Source: an uncultured Thiotrichales bacterium (lineage in GTDB: Bacteria; Pseudomonadota; Gammaproteobacteria; Francisellales; CACEW01). Taken from it: DNA of 64,000 bases. The notes beneath the pieces were generated by a model, which was not told the DNA's origin, did no database searches, and was given only the letters and a program-made list of their open reading frames with translations. The stretch spans positions 45,863-109,862 of the forward strand of contig CAIQBE010000002.1 of the NCBI GenBank assembly GCA_903870015.1, read 5' to 3'. This document shows positions 19,172-29,476 of the stretch, piece after piece (position 1 is the first letter of the stretch; the number at the start of each line of letters is the position of its first letter). A program made the position numbers and the translations under genes.

Positions 19172-20941
19172 CTATAGCGCTTTTGTGGCCCCTGCCAACC
19201 AAGCCTTAGTTTCGGCATCCAAACGCGGTGCCAGAGTGTCAAAAATACGCTGATGATACGCATTCACCCAGTTAATTTCATCAGCGCTTAAGCGCGCAAC
19301 ATCAATCAAATGTCTGGCGTAAGGCACCAGCGTTAGATTCTCGAGCACATAAAACGTATGGCCGGTTTTAGACTCAATATCAGCAAGCTTTACATAACAT
19401 AAGTTTTCAATACGAATCCCAAATTGCCCTTCAAAATAAACGCCAGGCTCATTGCTCGTGATCATATTGGGCATAAGCGCAGTGGTCGTGGCACCTGTAG
19501 AAATACGATGGGGGCCTTCATGCACATTTAAAAAAGCGCCGACACCATGGCCCGTACCATGGGCATAGTTATAGCCTTGCTGCCATAAGAATTGCCGTGC
19601 TAGGCCATCGAGCTGCTCACCACGGGTGCCATGAGGGAAGGGCGTATTACCCAAGGCAAGATGGCCTTTGAGTACCAAGGTATAGCACTCTTTTTCAAAA
19701 GCCGTAGGCGTGCCTAAGTGCAAAGTACGAGTGACATCGGTCGTGCCGTTAACATATTGCCCGCCCGAATCCAATAAAAATAGGCCATCATTGCCAAGCT
19801 TGTGCGCAGTTTTGGGCTCGGCACGATAATGAATAATCGCGCCATGATCTTTAAAGCCTGCGATCGTAGGGAAGCTTAAGCTAAAAAAATTAGGTCCTTG
19901 TTTACGAAACTCAAAAAGTTTATCACTTGCTGAGACTTCTGTTTGGCCTTGCCAGTGGTTTTCAAGCCACGCAAAAAAGCGTACCAAAGCGACAGCATCT
20001 TCGATATGGGCATCAATTATTCCTTGTAATTCTTGCTGATTTTTACATGCTCGCGCCAGGGTCATGGGAAGGCGCACATTTTTAATTTTATTATGCCGCA
20101 GCGCCTCACCCATCAGGGCATTGGCTTCGATGTCTAGGCCAACAGTCGTGTCTTTGAGTAGCGCTAAATCAGGGTAAAATTGCGCATAAGGCAAAAGTTG
20201 CAAATGGCTATCTTGGCAATATTCTTTAAAGTCAGGCGTCCAAGATTGTTCATCAATATAAATTTGCGCATCAGTCAGCGAGACCAAAGCATAGCTAAAG
20301 ATAATCGGTGTATCGGCAGCATCATGGCCACGAATATTAAACAGCCAGGCAATGATTGTCGGCTCATTAAGCGCTACATATTGCAAGGATTCTTCTTGCA
20401 TATAAGCACGTAAAGCTTTTAATTTGCTTGAAACATCAACACCGGAAAAGTTAAGCGGATGCGCAAAAGCGGGCGCATGGTTAATGGCTGGACGTTCTTC
20501 CCAAAAAGCATCAATCAAATTATCTGAAGTAAACACAAGCTCAGCATTAATACTAGCAAATGCGACTATCAGCTTATTTGCATCCGCACTCGTTAAGGTA
20601 CTAGGGTCAACGCCCACGCGCTTATTGACGGCATGTTTCACTAAGAAGGCATTCAGCGATGACGCCTGACCTTGGGGGTATTCAAATAGGGTAAAACATT
20701 TTGGATCCAGCTCTAATTTTGCCTGCAAGGTATAGCGGCCATCGGTAAATAAATAAGCCTCATCAATCCCAATAATCGCATCACCATTACTACCAGTAAA
20801 GCCAGAAATAAAGCTACGACGCTGCCAGTGCGCAGACACATATTCATTTTGATGGGGGTCAGCGCCTGGAACAACATAAAAGTCCAGATGATGTTGCTGC
20901 ATTAGGCTACGTAGTTTTGCCAACTTTTGTGAAGTATTCAT
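19172..20941 (-). CDS. Xaa-Pro aminopeptidase, long three-domain (APP1-like) M24B form
   Basis: HGTGHGVG, SNEPGVY and IRIEN metal-ligand blocks. It is 589 aa versus about 440 aa for E. coli PepP. Confidence 0.8.
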   Translation of the reverse strand: MNTSQKLAKLRSLMQQHHLDFYVVPGADPHQNEYVSAHWQRRSFISGFTGSNGDAIIGIDEAYLFTDGRYTLQAKLELDPKCFTLFEYPQGQASSLNAFLVKHAVNKRVGVDPSTLTSADANKLIVAFASINAELVFTSDNLIDAFWEERPAINHAPAFAHPLNFSGVDVSSKLKALRAYMQEESLQYVALNEPTIIAWLFNIRGHDAADTPIIFSYALVSLTDAQIYIDEQSWTPDFKEYCQDSHLQLLPYAQFYPDLALLKDTTVGLDIEANALMGEALRHNKIKNVRLPMTLARACKNQQELQGIIDAHIEDAVALVRFFAWLENHWQGQTEVSASDKLFEFRKQGPNFFSLSFPTIAGFKDHGAIIHYRAEPKTAHKLGNDGLFLLDSGGQYVNGTTDVTRTLHLGTPTAFEKECYTLVLKGHLALGNTPFPHGTRGEQLDGLARQFLWQQGYNYAHGTGHGVGAFLNVHEGPHRISTGATTTALMPNMITSNEPGVYFEGQFGIRIENLCYVKLADIESKTGHTFYVLENLTLVPYARHLIDVARLSADEINWVNAYHQRIFDTLAPRLDAETKAWLAGATKAL

Positions 20942-21008
20942 AAGAAATCTGCTCTATGAGTTTAATCCCACATATTAGCAGTTGGCAAAAATAGAGACAA
21001 GCTCGGTT

Positions 21009-21638
21009 CTACAACAGCTCTTTCATTTTTGCTTTAATCATATCAATGGCAATGCGATTTTTGCCGCCATTAGGAATGATGATATCTGCGTAGCGTTTAG
21101 ATGGGTCGACATATTTGATAAACATAGGGCGGACGGTGGTTTCGTATTGCTTGATCACGCATTCCATGGTGCGGCCGCGCTCGAGGACATCGCGAGTTAA
21201 GCGGCGGATAAAGGCGATATCAAGAGCTGTATCCATGTACAAACACGTGTCCATGATGTTGCGGAGTTTGGTATCAACGAATAACAAGATACCCTCAAGC
21301 ACAATAATGCTCTTATCGCTTGTAATATGACGAACTTTTTTAGAGCGGGTATGGGTGGTGAAGTCGTAAATGGGGACATCGATCGCTTCGCCATTTTTGA
21401 GCTTTTTTAAATGCTCGCGCAACAGCGCATGATCAAAAGCATCGGGATGGTCAAAGTTGACCTTCGCGCGTTGCTTTATGGTTAAATGATTTAAGTCTTT
21501 GTAGTAAGAATCTTCAGAGATCACCACTACTTTGTCAGAGCCAAGCTCATCAACAATCGTGGTGGCAAGCAGACTTTTTCCCGACCCTGAAGCACCAGCA
21601 ATACCGATGATGATCAGGGATGAGTGCGTCTGCTTCAT
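21009..21638 (-). CDS. udk: uridine kinase
   Basis: P-loop IIGIAGASGSGKS, DSYYKD, FDHPDAFD. Confidence 0.9.
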   Translation of the reverse strand: MKQTHSSLIIIGIAGASGSGKSLLATTIVDELGSDKVVVISEDSYYKDLNHLTIKQRAKVNFDHPDAFDHALLREHLKKLKNGEAIDVPIYDFTTHTRSKKVRHITSDKSIIVLEGILLFVDTKLRNIMDTCLYMDTALDIAFIRRLTRDVLERGRTMECVIKQYETTVRPMFIKYVDPSKRYADIIIPNGGKNRIAIDMIKAKMKELL

Positions 21639-21641
21639 AGA

Positions 21642-21878
21642 TTATTTATCTTCTTTCTTTTTCCGAGCCATAGCGCCGAAATTACCGAAACGAGTCGCAA
21701 AGCTATCAACACGACCTTGGGTGTCAACCACGCGCTGCTCACCGGTATAGTAAGGATGGCATTTGTTACATACTTCAACGTGCAAATCTTTGCCAAGTGT
21801 TGACTGAGTCTCAAATGTGTTACCGCAGCTGCAATTCACTTTCATGGCTTTGTATTCTGGATGGATATCTGCTTTCAT
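21642..21878 (-). CDS. rpmE: 50S ribosomal protein L31 (Zn-ribbon type)
   Basis: MKADIHPEY...CSCGN...[10 protein letters not shown]. Confidence 0.95.
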   Translation of the reverse strand: MKADIHPEYKAMKVNCSCGNTFETQSTLGKDLHVEVCNKCHPYYTGEQRVVDTQGRVDSFATRFGNFGAMARKKKEDK

Positions 21879-21979
21879 GTTATGTCCTTAAATTTACCCT
21901 TTATCGCCATCTTATCCTATATAAGACACCATAAATTGGCCGTATTTTAACGCTTTATCTAATTTTTAGCAAGCAAAAT

Positions 21980-24097
21980 TTAAGGCTGGGCAATCACTTT
22001 TACCGTAAAAAAGCCCTCGGCATCAACCACAACCCCGTGCACATCAGCCTCAAAGCCTGGGAAGGCGCGGCCTAGGTCTTGTAACAGTAACAGATAGTCT
22101 AGAACTTCTTTGGCGGTCTCAGTTACAGTTTCTCCAGGCATAATCAATGGGATACCTGGAGGATAGGGTAAAATCATTACGGCGCTCGTCTGATTAATCA
22201 TATCTGCAATACGCACCGTCTTGGTCTTGCCGCGCAATAAAGCCTGGTGGGCTTCATGGGGAATCAGGGTTTGGGTTGGTAATACTTCAAAAGCGCGATA
22301 CATGAGATCTGAGAGATTACGTTGGGACATGAGCGTATGCATGTTCTGCGCCAGTTCTTGAATCTTCATCGTGGCGTAGAACTCCGGGTGCTGTTGATAC
22401 AGGCTGGGTAACATATCTTTGATTGGCAGATTTTGATCAAAATCTTCTTTAAAATGATTAAGCGCCGAGAGCAGTTTCATTTCTTTGGCTTGAGTAACGC
22501 CGATGCTGAATAAAAACAGCATCGAATAAGGGCCAGTTTTTTCCACAATAATTCCATGCTTATCTAGGTACAGAGATACAATGGCCGCGGGAATGCCCGT
22601 CTTTTCAAGGCCGTCATGATTTAGGCCCGGCAAAAGCAGCGTCACTTTAAGCGGATCCAAAAATAAATGATCAGGCTCTTGCTCATGAAAGCCATGCCAT
22701 GCATCTTTGGGTTGTAGCTCCCAGCAAGCTAAACGATCAATAGCTTCAGGCTGCCAGACCTTGTAGTACCAGCCTTTGGCATGATCATGGAGCTGGTTAA
22801 TTTCCTGGCGAAAGTGGTAGGCACGTTCCAAGCTTTTGGTCATCAAGTTTCGGCCTTTTTTGCCTTGCATCATTGCCGCCGAAATTTCACAGCTGGCTAC
22901 AAGCGGATAAAAAGGGCTGGTCGAGGTATGCATCATATAACTTTCGTTTAAGACTTCTTCATCAAAAGGCCCTTTGACATGAATCATCGAGGCCTGGCTA
23001 AATGCTGCAAGCAGCTTATGGGTAGATTGGGTCTCAAAAATAGTCTGACCTTTGAGGGGCTTAATGCTCATGCCAAACTTGCCCTGATAAATTGGGTGAA
23101 ACGCCGTGTAAGGCACCCAGGCGCTGTCAAAATGTAGCGTCGGAACTTGCGCTAGGGCATGGGCAATTTCTTGAATATTATAAAATAAGCCATCATAAGT
23201 GGAGTTAGTAATTACGGCGTAAGCAGGCGTGGTATCTAGGCCTGCCAGTACGCGTTTGAATTCTTTTAAGGGAATGCCACCCAAAATACCATAGGCATTG
23301 CGGGTTGGTTTAAGATAAACGGGTTTAACGGCGGTCATCATCATGAAATGGGCGATGGATTTATGGCAATTGCGATCGACAAGTACGGTGTCTTGATCAC
23401 GGGCTGCAAACATGCCGACAATTTTGTTGGCGGTCGATGTACCATTTGTGACAAATAAAGTGCGCTCAGCCCCAAAGACAGAGGCAGCAAAGTTCTCAGC
23501 CTCGCGATGCGGGCCTGAGTGATCCAGTAGGCTACCTAATTCTGGAATAGAAATGGACACATCAGCCTTAAAAATATTACTGCCAAAAAAATCATGAAAG
23601 AGCGAGCCTACAGCCGAGGTTTGAAAAGCAGTCCCGCCTAAATGGCCTGGGGTGCAAAAGGTGTATTTTTCTTCTTCGACATAGTTCATCAATGCTTTGG
23701 TAAAAGGTGGCAGCAGAGCATCTTTATAACTTTGAATCGAGAGGGCAACCCGATGAGCATCATCATTGACCAAGCCCGCATCATATTGTAAAAAATCGAT
23801 ATTCAGTTGTAGTTCAGCGAGGTTAATATCCAAAACTGAATGGCGATTAGTGAAAGCAAAGATTGGTAAAGTATCAGTGGTATCAGCAAGCTTTGTTAAA
23901 AATTGCAAATCAAAATGATCCCAGTCAAAGAGAAATGCCATGATATTAGGATTTTCGGCCAGGATATCTAAAGCTTCGATTAATTGGTGTGAGCTCTGGA
24001 CATGAAAGCCTTGTTGACCAAGCGCTTGATGCAGTTCATCAATGAATCGTTGCTTATTGCTGTCGGGTTCTTTTGCATAGAGGCTTAGTATTTCCAT
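21980..24097 (-). CDS. cadA: lysine decarboxylase (Orn/Lys/Arg decarboxylase fold-I family, CadA/LdcC-like)
   Basis: QSTHKLLAAFSQASMIHVKG (PLP lysine), GIIVEKTGPYSMLFLFSIG, MILPYPPGIPLIMPGE. Long stretches match my recollection of E. coli CadA. It follows cadB as in the cadBA operon. Confidence 0.85.
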   Translation of the reverse strand: MEILSLYAKEPDSNKQRFIDELHQALGQQGFHVQSSHQLIEALDILAENPNIMAFLFDWDHFDLQFLTKLADTTDTLPIFAFTNRHSVLDINLAELQLNIDFLQYDAGLVNDDAHRVALSIQSYKDALLPPFTKALMNYVEEEKYTFCTPGHLGGTAFQTSAVGSLFHDFFGSNIFKADVSISIPELGSLLDHSGPHREAENFAASVFGAERTLFVTNGTSTANKIVGMFAARDQDTVLVDRNCHKSIAHFMMMTAVKPVYLKPTRNAYGILGGIPLKEFKRVLAGLDTTPAYAVITNSTYDGLFYNIQEIAHALAQVPTLHFDSAWVPYTAFHPIYQGKFGMSIKPLKGQTIFETQSTHKLLAAFSQASMIHVKGPFDEEVLNESYMMHTSTSPFYPLVASCEISAAMMQGKKGRNLMTKSLERAYHFRQEINQLHDHAKGWYYKVWQPEAIDRLACWELQPKDAWHGFHEQEPDHLFLDPLKVTLLLPGLNHDGLEKTGIPAAIVSLYLDKHGIIVEKTGPYSMLFLFSIGVTQAKEMKLLSALNHFKEDFDQNLPIKDMLPSLYQQHPEFYATMKIQELAQNMHTLMSQRNLSDLMYRAFEVLPTQTLIPHEAHQALLRGKTKTVRIADMINQTSAVMILPYPPGIPLIMPGETVTETAKEVLDYLLLLQDLGRAFPGFEADVHGVVVDAEGFFTVKVIAQP

Positions 24098-24111
24098 GGC
24101 AATCCTGTCAG

Positions 24112-25410
24112 TTATTGAGTTTTATCGGGATGGTGATCTGATTTAGCATAAAAAATAAGGCAGCCTAAAGATAATAGCGTGGTCGCTAAGAGTGCATATT
24201 CACTAGCACCAAAAAGTGCCATAAAACAAAACAGAGTTACAATCAAGCCGCAGGTCATTTTTAGAAAAGTCTTAGCCCGATGTTGCGTGCTATGAATCAA
24301 ATTCAGCGCCGAATAATAATAAGGCAAAATGGTAAGTAGTACAGCAATAGAAATAATTTCGCCAAATACTTGGCCAGAGCTTTGATGCAGCAGCGTTAAT
24401 GCCAGCATGAGTAGGCTCATAAAAGTTGTTGTAAGAATAATGCTTTGTGCTGGGATATTTTTGGCATTAAGCTTGCCAAAGATCGCAGGAAGATTGCCAT
24501 CGTGGGCAGCCCTAGCGCCAGCCTGAGCTACGAGCAGCATCCAAGAGCTAAGCGAAGTGAGGCAGGCAAAAGCGGTAATGATCGAGACAACGGTGCTCAT
24601 GTCATGCCCCCCGATAATGGTATTAATCGCGAGCGAAAAGGGCGCGCCTGAACTTGATAGTGTTTTGGCATCAAACATGCCATTCATCACTGTCGTTGAA
24701 AGCAGATAGAGCAAAGCGGCAATAAAGGTTCCTGCTAGGGTTGAAATAGGAATCGTACGTTTGGGGTTTTCGACGACATTGGCATCGACAGAGGCTGATT
24801 CAACCCCAATAAAACTCCAAATACACAATAGCACGCCGCTCATGACCGCGCGGCTATCGCTTTTGGCCGAGATATTCCAATTAGCATGAAAGGTTTCAGG
24901 GTGAAAGAAAAACCAGCCACCAATCGCGGTGATCACAATGGGAATCATTAAGACAGTAATGCCAATCCCAGCCAAGCGCCCAATCCAATGAGCGCCTAAT
25001 AAGTTAAGCGCTGCAAAAATCCAGATCACGCCAATCGTGGTAAGCCCGGCAGGGACAGCATGCGTGAGTGCGGGGATGAAAATTGAGAGATACGAAACGG
25101 CCGTCATCGCAATGGCCAAATTACCAATCCAGTTAGCATGAAAATACAAGACGCCAGTTTGGTAGCCCAAAATTGGAGAAACCTCACCCGCATAAGCGAC
25201 AAGCCCACCTTCTTGTGGATTAGTTGTTCCTAGAGTCGCAAATAGATAAGCAAGTGCTAAGCCGCCAACAATGGCGATCAGCCAAGAAATCAGAGTAATA
25301 GAGCCAATAGCAGCTAAATTAGCAGGAAGGAGGGCAATCCCTGATCCCATCATATTACCGGCAACAATAGCCGTCGCACCTAAGAGTCCAATTTTTTTGA
25401 CTGGGGTCAT
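24112..25410 (-). CDS. cadB: lysine/cadaverine antiporter (APC family)
   Basis: KKIGLLGATAIVAGNMMGSGIALLPANLAAIG...GYQTGVLYFHANWIGNLAIAMTAVSYLS is near-colinear with E. coli CadB. Confidence 0.8.
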   Translation of the reverse strand: MTPVKKIGLLGATAIVAGNMMGSGIALLPANLAAIGSITLISWLIAIVGGLALAYLFATLGTTNPQEGGLVAYAGEVSPILGYQTGVLYFHANWIGNLAIAMTAVSYLSIFIPALTHAVPAGLTTIGVIWIFAALNLLGAHWIGRLAGIGITVLMIPIVITAIGGWFFFHPETFHANWNISAKSDSRAVMSGVLLCIWSFIGVESASVDANVVENPKRTIPISTLAGTFIAALLYLLSTTVMNGMFDAKTLSSSGAPFSLAINTIIGGHDMSTVVSIITAFACLTSLSSWMLLVAQAGARAAHDGNLPAIFGKLNAKNIPAQSIILTTTFMSLLMLALTLLHQSSGQVFGEIISIAVLLTILPYYYSALNLIHSTQHRAKTFLKMTCGLIVTLFCFMALFGASEYALLATTLLSLGCLIFYAKSDHHPDKTQ

Positions 25411-25570
25411 CGTTTTACTCCTGTATCAGCGGCAGTATATTACAGCAAGTCATAATAAGCCAGAGCAGGGAGTCCCAACGTAACCAGCGCCCCAAAGGAT
25501 CTCGGAAAGGCCCCTACAAAATGAGCTTTCTTTATGGTACAATAGCCAAAAGTTTTCACTCAGAATAATT

Positions 25571-26278
25571 ATGGGCGCAATTATCAATATCGCAGGCTAT
25601 GCCTTTGTGAACTTAGATCAACTTGAATCTTGGCAGGAACGTTGCAAGCTTTTTTGTCAAAGTCAGGCCTTGAAAGGCACGGTGGTGTTTAGTCACGAGG
25701 GAGTGAATATTATGCTTGCGGGTGAAACTGCGGCCATCGATGCTTTTACAACATGGCTGCGCGCTTTTCCAGAGTTTAGCAGCATTGAATTTAAATACTC
25801 TGAATCTGACTTTGTGCCTTTTAAGCGTATGCTGGTTAAGATTAAGCAGGCTTTGGTGCCAGGTGCTGTGAGTCCTTTGCAAGAGACTGCGCCTAATTTA
25901 AGCCCGCAAGACTTAAAGCGCTGGTACGAGGAGGGTAAAGATTTTGTGATTATTGATACCCGTAATGATTATGAGTTAACCATGGGGAAATTCGAAAACG
26001 CCCTGGATATTCACTTAAATGAATTTAAAAGTTTTGAAGCAGCGCTACAAAATTTGAGTGAGGATATCAAAGCCAAGCCCGCAGTATTTTACTGCACTGG
26101 GGGTATTCGTTGCGAAAAGGCAGCTCCTTTGGCGAAAAAAGCGGGATTCAAAGAAGCGTATCAGCTTGAAGGCGGGATTTTAAACTACTTCAAAGAATGC
26201 CGAGATGCGCACTACGAAGGCGCTTGTTACGTCTTTGACGAGCGCGTGGCGCTGACGCCTGAGCTTAGGCCAATTTAA
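25571..26278 (+). CDS. trhO: rhodanese-domain tRNA U34 hydroxylase (TrhO/YceA, UPF0176)
   Basis: N-terminus IINIAGYAFVNL; rhodanese active site FYCTGGIRCEKA. Confidence 0.8.
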   Translation: MGAIINIAGYAFVNLDQLESWQERCKLFCQSQALKGTVVFSHEGVNIMLAGETAAIDAFTTWLRAFPEFSSIEFKYSESDFVPFKRMLVKIKQALVPGAVSPLQETAPNLSPQDLKRWYEEGKDFVIIDTRNDYELTMGKFENALDIHLNEFKSFEAALQNLSEDIKAKPAVFYCTGGIRCEKAAPLAKKAGFKEAYQLEGGILNYFKECRDAHYEGACYVFDERVALTPELRPI

Positions 26279-26286
26279 TTTGAAAA

Positions 26287-27021
26287 TTACGCCAAAAGCT
26301 CAGTTAGCTTTTTATTCGCTTTATCCAATTGCTCACGATAAAACTTAAGATCTGCTTCATAATTTTGCTTTTGTTCTTTAAGCTGCTGTTTGAGTTGCTC
26401 GATAACGAGTTCCATGGCTTGGCGGACATCGCCGATACGCTCAGAAACTTGCTCTTTAATGCTATCAGCATATCTTTGAGTATCAAGCGCTGTGCGTTCA
26501 GAGGCTTCGCGGCGTGCTTGTTCTTTTAAGAGCATAGATTCAAGGCGACGCACTTTAATTGTTAAGGTCTCTTCAGAAAGCGACTCAAGCGGAGGCTCAA
26601 CAAGCTCAGGTTCTTGATGGCGTCTTTCCTCATGGGGACGGCGCTTCACTTCAAAGGCAGGTGCATCAGCTACCCTAACGCGTGAAGCCTCAGAGGCAGG
26701 TGCTGCTTCATTGCCAACGCTAGCGGGCGGGTCGAAGGGAAGGTCAAGTGTCGCATCAGCTTTGGGCTTGTTAAAAGCTGGGGTATCAAAATTTTCTTCT
26801 TTTTGTTCTGCAGGGGAGGTATCAGAAGGGCTGCGACCTGAAAGCAAGGATTGGTTGTTCTCGTCAATAATTTCTTTAATAAATCGATTGATTGTACCAA
26901 TCGAGCCTTTGCCTAAAAGCGCATGAATATTCTCGGCACTAGGGGTCGTGCCATCGGTAATTAGCTTTTCAAATGCCATCATCACTTCTTCTTTACTTAA
27001 CGCAATACGTGCCATAATCAA
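26287..27021 (-). CDS. KfrA_N-like DNA-binding protein with C-terminal coiled coil
   Basis: N-terminus ARIALSKEEVMMAFEKLITDGTTPSAENIHALLGKGSIGTINRFIKE fits the KfrA N-terminal HTH pattern. This is followed by a low-complexity linker and a heptad-rich tail. The start is TTG 27021 or ATG 27015. Confidence 0.6.
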   Translation of the reverse strand: MIMARIALSKEEVMMAFEKLITDGTTPSAENIHALLGKGSIGTINRFIKEIIDENNQSLLSGRSPSDTSPAEQKEENFDTPAFNKPKADATLDLPFDPPASVGNEAAPASEASRVRVADAPAFEVKRRPHEERRHQEPELVEPPLESLSEETLTIKVRRLESMLLKEQARREASERTALDTQRYADSIKEQVSERIGDVRQAMELVIEQLKQQLKEQKQNYEADLKFYREQLDKANKKLTELLA

Positions 27022-27198
27022 ACATCTCCTTACTTTAATCGGCTCATTGTCGCATGAAAAAGGCTTTTGGGGAAGATAATATACACTTTTTGGCCTAGCA
27101 TAGAGTGGTTTGAAAGATGTTTTTGCTTAAGTGAGCACTTGCGAAAAGACCAAGAAACCTGTAAATTGGGGCCCGAGTTTAATCTAATAGGAGTAATC

Positions 27199-27573
27199 AT
27201 GACAAAGTTTTTAGGTGTGATCGGTTTATCAGTTTTGAGTTTGCCTGCATTTGCAGCAGCGCCAGTAGCGGCGGCACCTCAGCAAGGTTCGAGTTTGCCA
27301 TCGCTTGTGATGTTAGTTATATTTATGGTGGTATTTTATTTCTTGCTAATTCGCCCACAAGCCAAGCGTACCAAAGACCAGCGTAATTTATTAAGTACTT
27401 TACAAAAAGGTGATGAAGTTTTAACAACGAGCGGTATGTGCGGCACCGTCACTAAAATTGACAATAATTTTGTTGAGTTAGAGGTGGCAAAAGACGTAGC
27501 GGTTAAATTTCAAAAACAGGCCATTGTAAGCTTGTTGCCTAAAGTGTCTTCCGATACTACGGATGTTAAATAA
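27199..27573 (+). CDS. yajC: preprotein translocase subunit YajC
   Basis: LVMLVIFMVVFYFLLIRPQAKRTKDQRNLLSTLQKGDEVLTTSGMCGTV. ATG at 27199 follows GGAG; the upstream 44 codons of the track ORF are probably not translated. Confidence 0.9.
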   Translation: MTKFLGVIGLSVLSLPAFAAAPVAAAPQQGSSLPSLVMLVIFMVVFYFLLIRPQAKRTKDQRNLLSTLQKGDEVLTTSGMCGTVTKIDNNFVELEVAKDVAVKFQKQAIVSLLPKVSSDTTDVK

Positions 27574-27581
27574 GGCTAGGC

Positions 27582-29471
27582 ATGTTTAATAAAGCCAAAG
27601 TAACTCCAGGAGTCAGAAACGTCACGCCGCTATGGAAGTGGATCTTAATAACGCTTCTAACGGTCGGGGCGTTTATTTATGCACTGCCTAATATTTATGG
27701 CGAAAGCCCGGCGATCCAGATTTCATCGGTCGACGGTTCGGGCGTAACCTTGGGGTTGGTCAGTAACATTGAAAACACTTTAGCCGATAATGGCATTATC
27801 TATTCCAGCATTGGCTCTGATCAAAATAATGTGACTATAAAGTTTTCATCGACGGACAATCAGCTCTCAGCGCAAGAGGCCTTAAAGCCGATGCTTGAAG
27901 ATAGCTATGTCATGGCTTTAAATCTCATGCCCAATACCCCTAGATGGTTGCAAGTCTTAAATGCGAATCCCATGAAATTGGGTTTAGATTTACGCGGCGG
28001 CATGTATTTTCTACTTAACATCGATATGACGGTATTGATTCAAAATCATATGCAGACGGATGCACAAAATCTCATGAATGACTTGCGAGTCAATAATATT
28101 CACTATGCCAATGTTAGCGTTGATGATGAGAATAATCTGCTTGTGACCTTTAGAAGTGCGGATGATTTAAACGCCGCCAAAACTTTTATGCAAAGTAATT
28201 ATCAAGATTTAACCTTAACAAGTATAGGTACAAATTTAACAGGAACCTTAGCGCCGCAAGTATTAAAAACATTAGAAGACAATGCTGTCGCGCAAACTCT
28301 TGAAGTGATGCGTAATCGCGTCAATGAGTTAGGTGTGGCTGAGGCGACTGTTGCCAAAGAGAGTAATGACCGAGTGGTCGTAGAGTTGCCAGGCCTACAA
28401 GATGCAACCCGAGCAAAAGCAATTATTGGTGGTACTGCAACCTTAAAGGCGATGCTCGTTAATGATACCGTGAACCCAGTGCAGGCCGCAAAAACTAATA
28501 TTATTCCACCTGGCTCATCGCTATACTTTGATCAACAAGGTCATCCAGTGGTTCTCTATAATAACGTAATTATCACGGGTAATGCCATTTCTGATGCTTC
28601 TGTGGGTTATGATTCCCAAACGAACTCGCCCATTGTACAAGTGAGTTTAAAGGGGCCGGAGGTCGCTTACTTTAGTCAAATCACTGGGCAAAACATTGGC
28701 CACCCTATGGCCTTTGTCATGGTTGAAAGTAATTTTTCCCAGCAAATGATTAAAGGCAAAGTCGTGAATACCAACAATGTTAGCCAGACGGTGATTAATG
28801 TTGCGACCATCCAAGCTCAATTAAGTAATCATTTTCAAATTAGCGGGATTGGTACCCAGCGTACTGCACAAAACCTAGCGCTTTCCATACGAGCAGGTGC
28901 TTTACCCGCGCCTGTCCAAATTGCTGAAGAAAAGCAAATTGGACCCTCTCTCGGAATTCAAAATATTAAAATGGGCGCACTTTCGGTTGTGGTAGCCTTA
29001 GGCTTGGTGATCTTGTTTATCGCGATGTATTATCATGTGTTTGGTTTAATTGCTGATGTTTGCTTAATGCTTAATTTAATTTTTATTGTCGCTGTGATGT
29101 CGTTGATGCCAGGAGCGACGCTCTCATTACCAGGCATTGCAGGGATTGTTTTAAACGTGGGGATTGCTATTGACTCTAATGTCTTAATTTTTGAGCGTAT
29201 TCGTGAAGAGTTGCGCAAGGGTAGCTCTAATGCTGTTGCAATTCATACGGGATTTGAGCGTGCGTTTAATACCATTTTGGATGCAAATGTCACGACCTTT
29301 ATGGTTGCTCTAATCCTATTTTCAATTGGTACCGGTGCCATCAAAGGCTTTGCGGTGACCCTGATGATTGGTATTGTGACCTCAATGTTTTGCGCTGTGG
29401 TGATTTCAAGAGCGCTAATCAATTGGGTTTATGGCAAACATCCAAATAAAAAGTTATCGATTGGGATATAA
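27582..29471 (+). CDS. secD: protein translocase subunit SecD
   Basis: LGLDLRGGMYF, LPGLQD, GPSLG and a C-terminal 6-TM block. Confidence 0.95.
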   Translation: MFNKAKVTPGVRNVTPLWKWILITLLTVGAFIYALPNIYGESPAIQISSVDGSGVTLGLVSNIENTLADNGIIYSSIGSDQNNVTIKFSSTDNQLSAQEALKPMLEDSYVMALNLMPNTPRWLQVLNANPMKLGLDLRGGMYFLLNIDMTVLIQNHMQTDAQNLMNDLRVNNIHYANVSVDDENNLLVTFRSADDLNAAKTFMQSNYQDLTLTSIGTNLTGTLAPQVLKTLEDNAVAQTLEVMRNRVNELGVAEATVAKESNDRVVVELPGLQDATRAKAIIGGTATLKAMLVNDTVNPVQAAKTNIIPPGSSLYFDQQGHPVVLYNNVIITGNAISDASVGYDSQTNSPIVQVSLKGPEVAYFSQITGQNIGHPMAFVMVESNFSQQMIKGKVVNTNNVSQTVINVATIQAQLSNHFQISGIGTQRTAQNLALSIRAGALPAPVQIAEEKQIGPSLGIQNIKMGALSVVVALGLVILFIAMYYHVFGLIADVCLMLNLIFIVAVMSLMPGATLSLPGIAGIVLNVGIAIDSNVLIFERIREELRKGSSNAVAIHTGFERAFNTILDANVTTFMVALILFSIGTGAIKGFAVTLMIGIVTSMFCAVVISRALINWVYGKHPNKKLSIGI

Positions 29472-29476
29472 AAATC

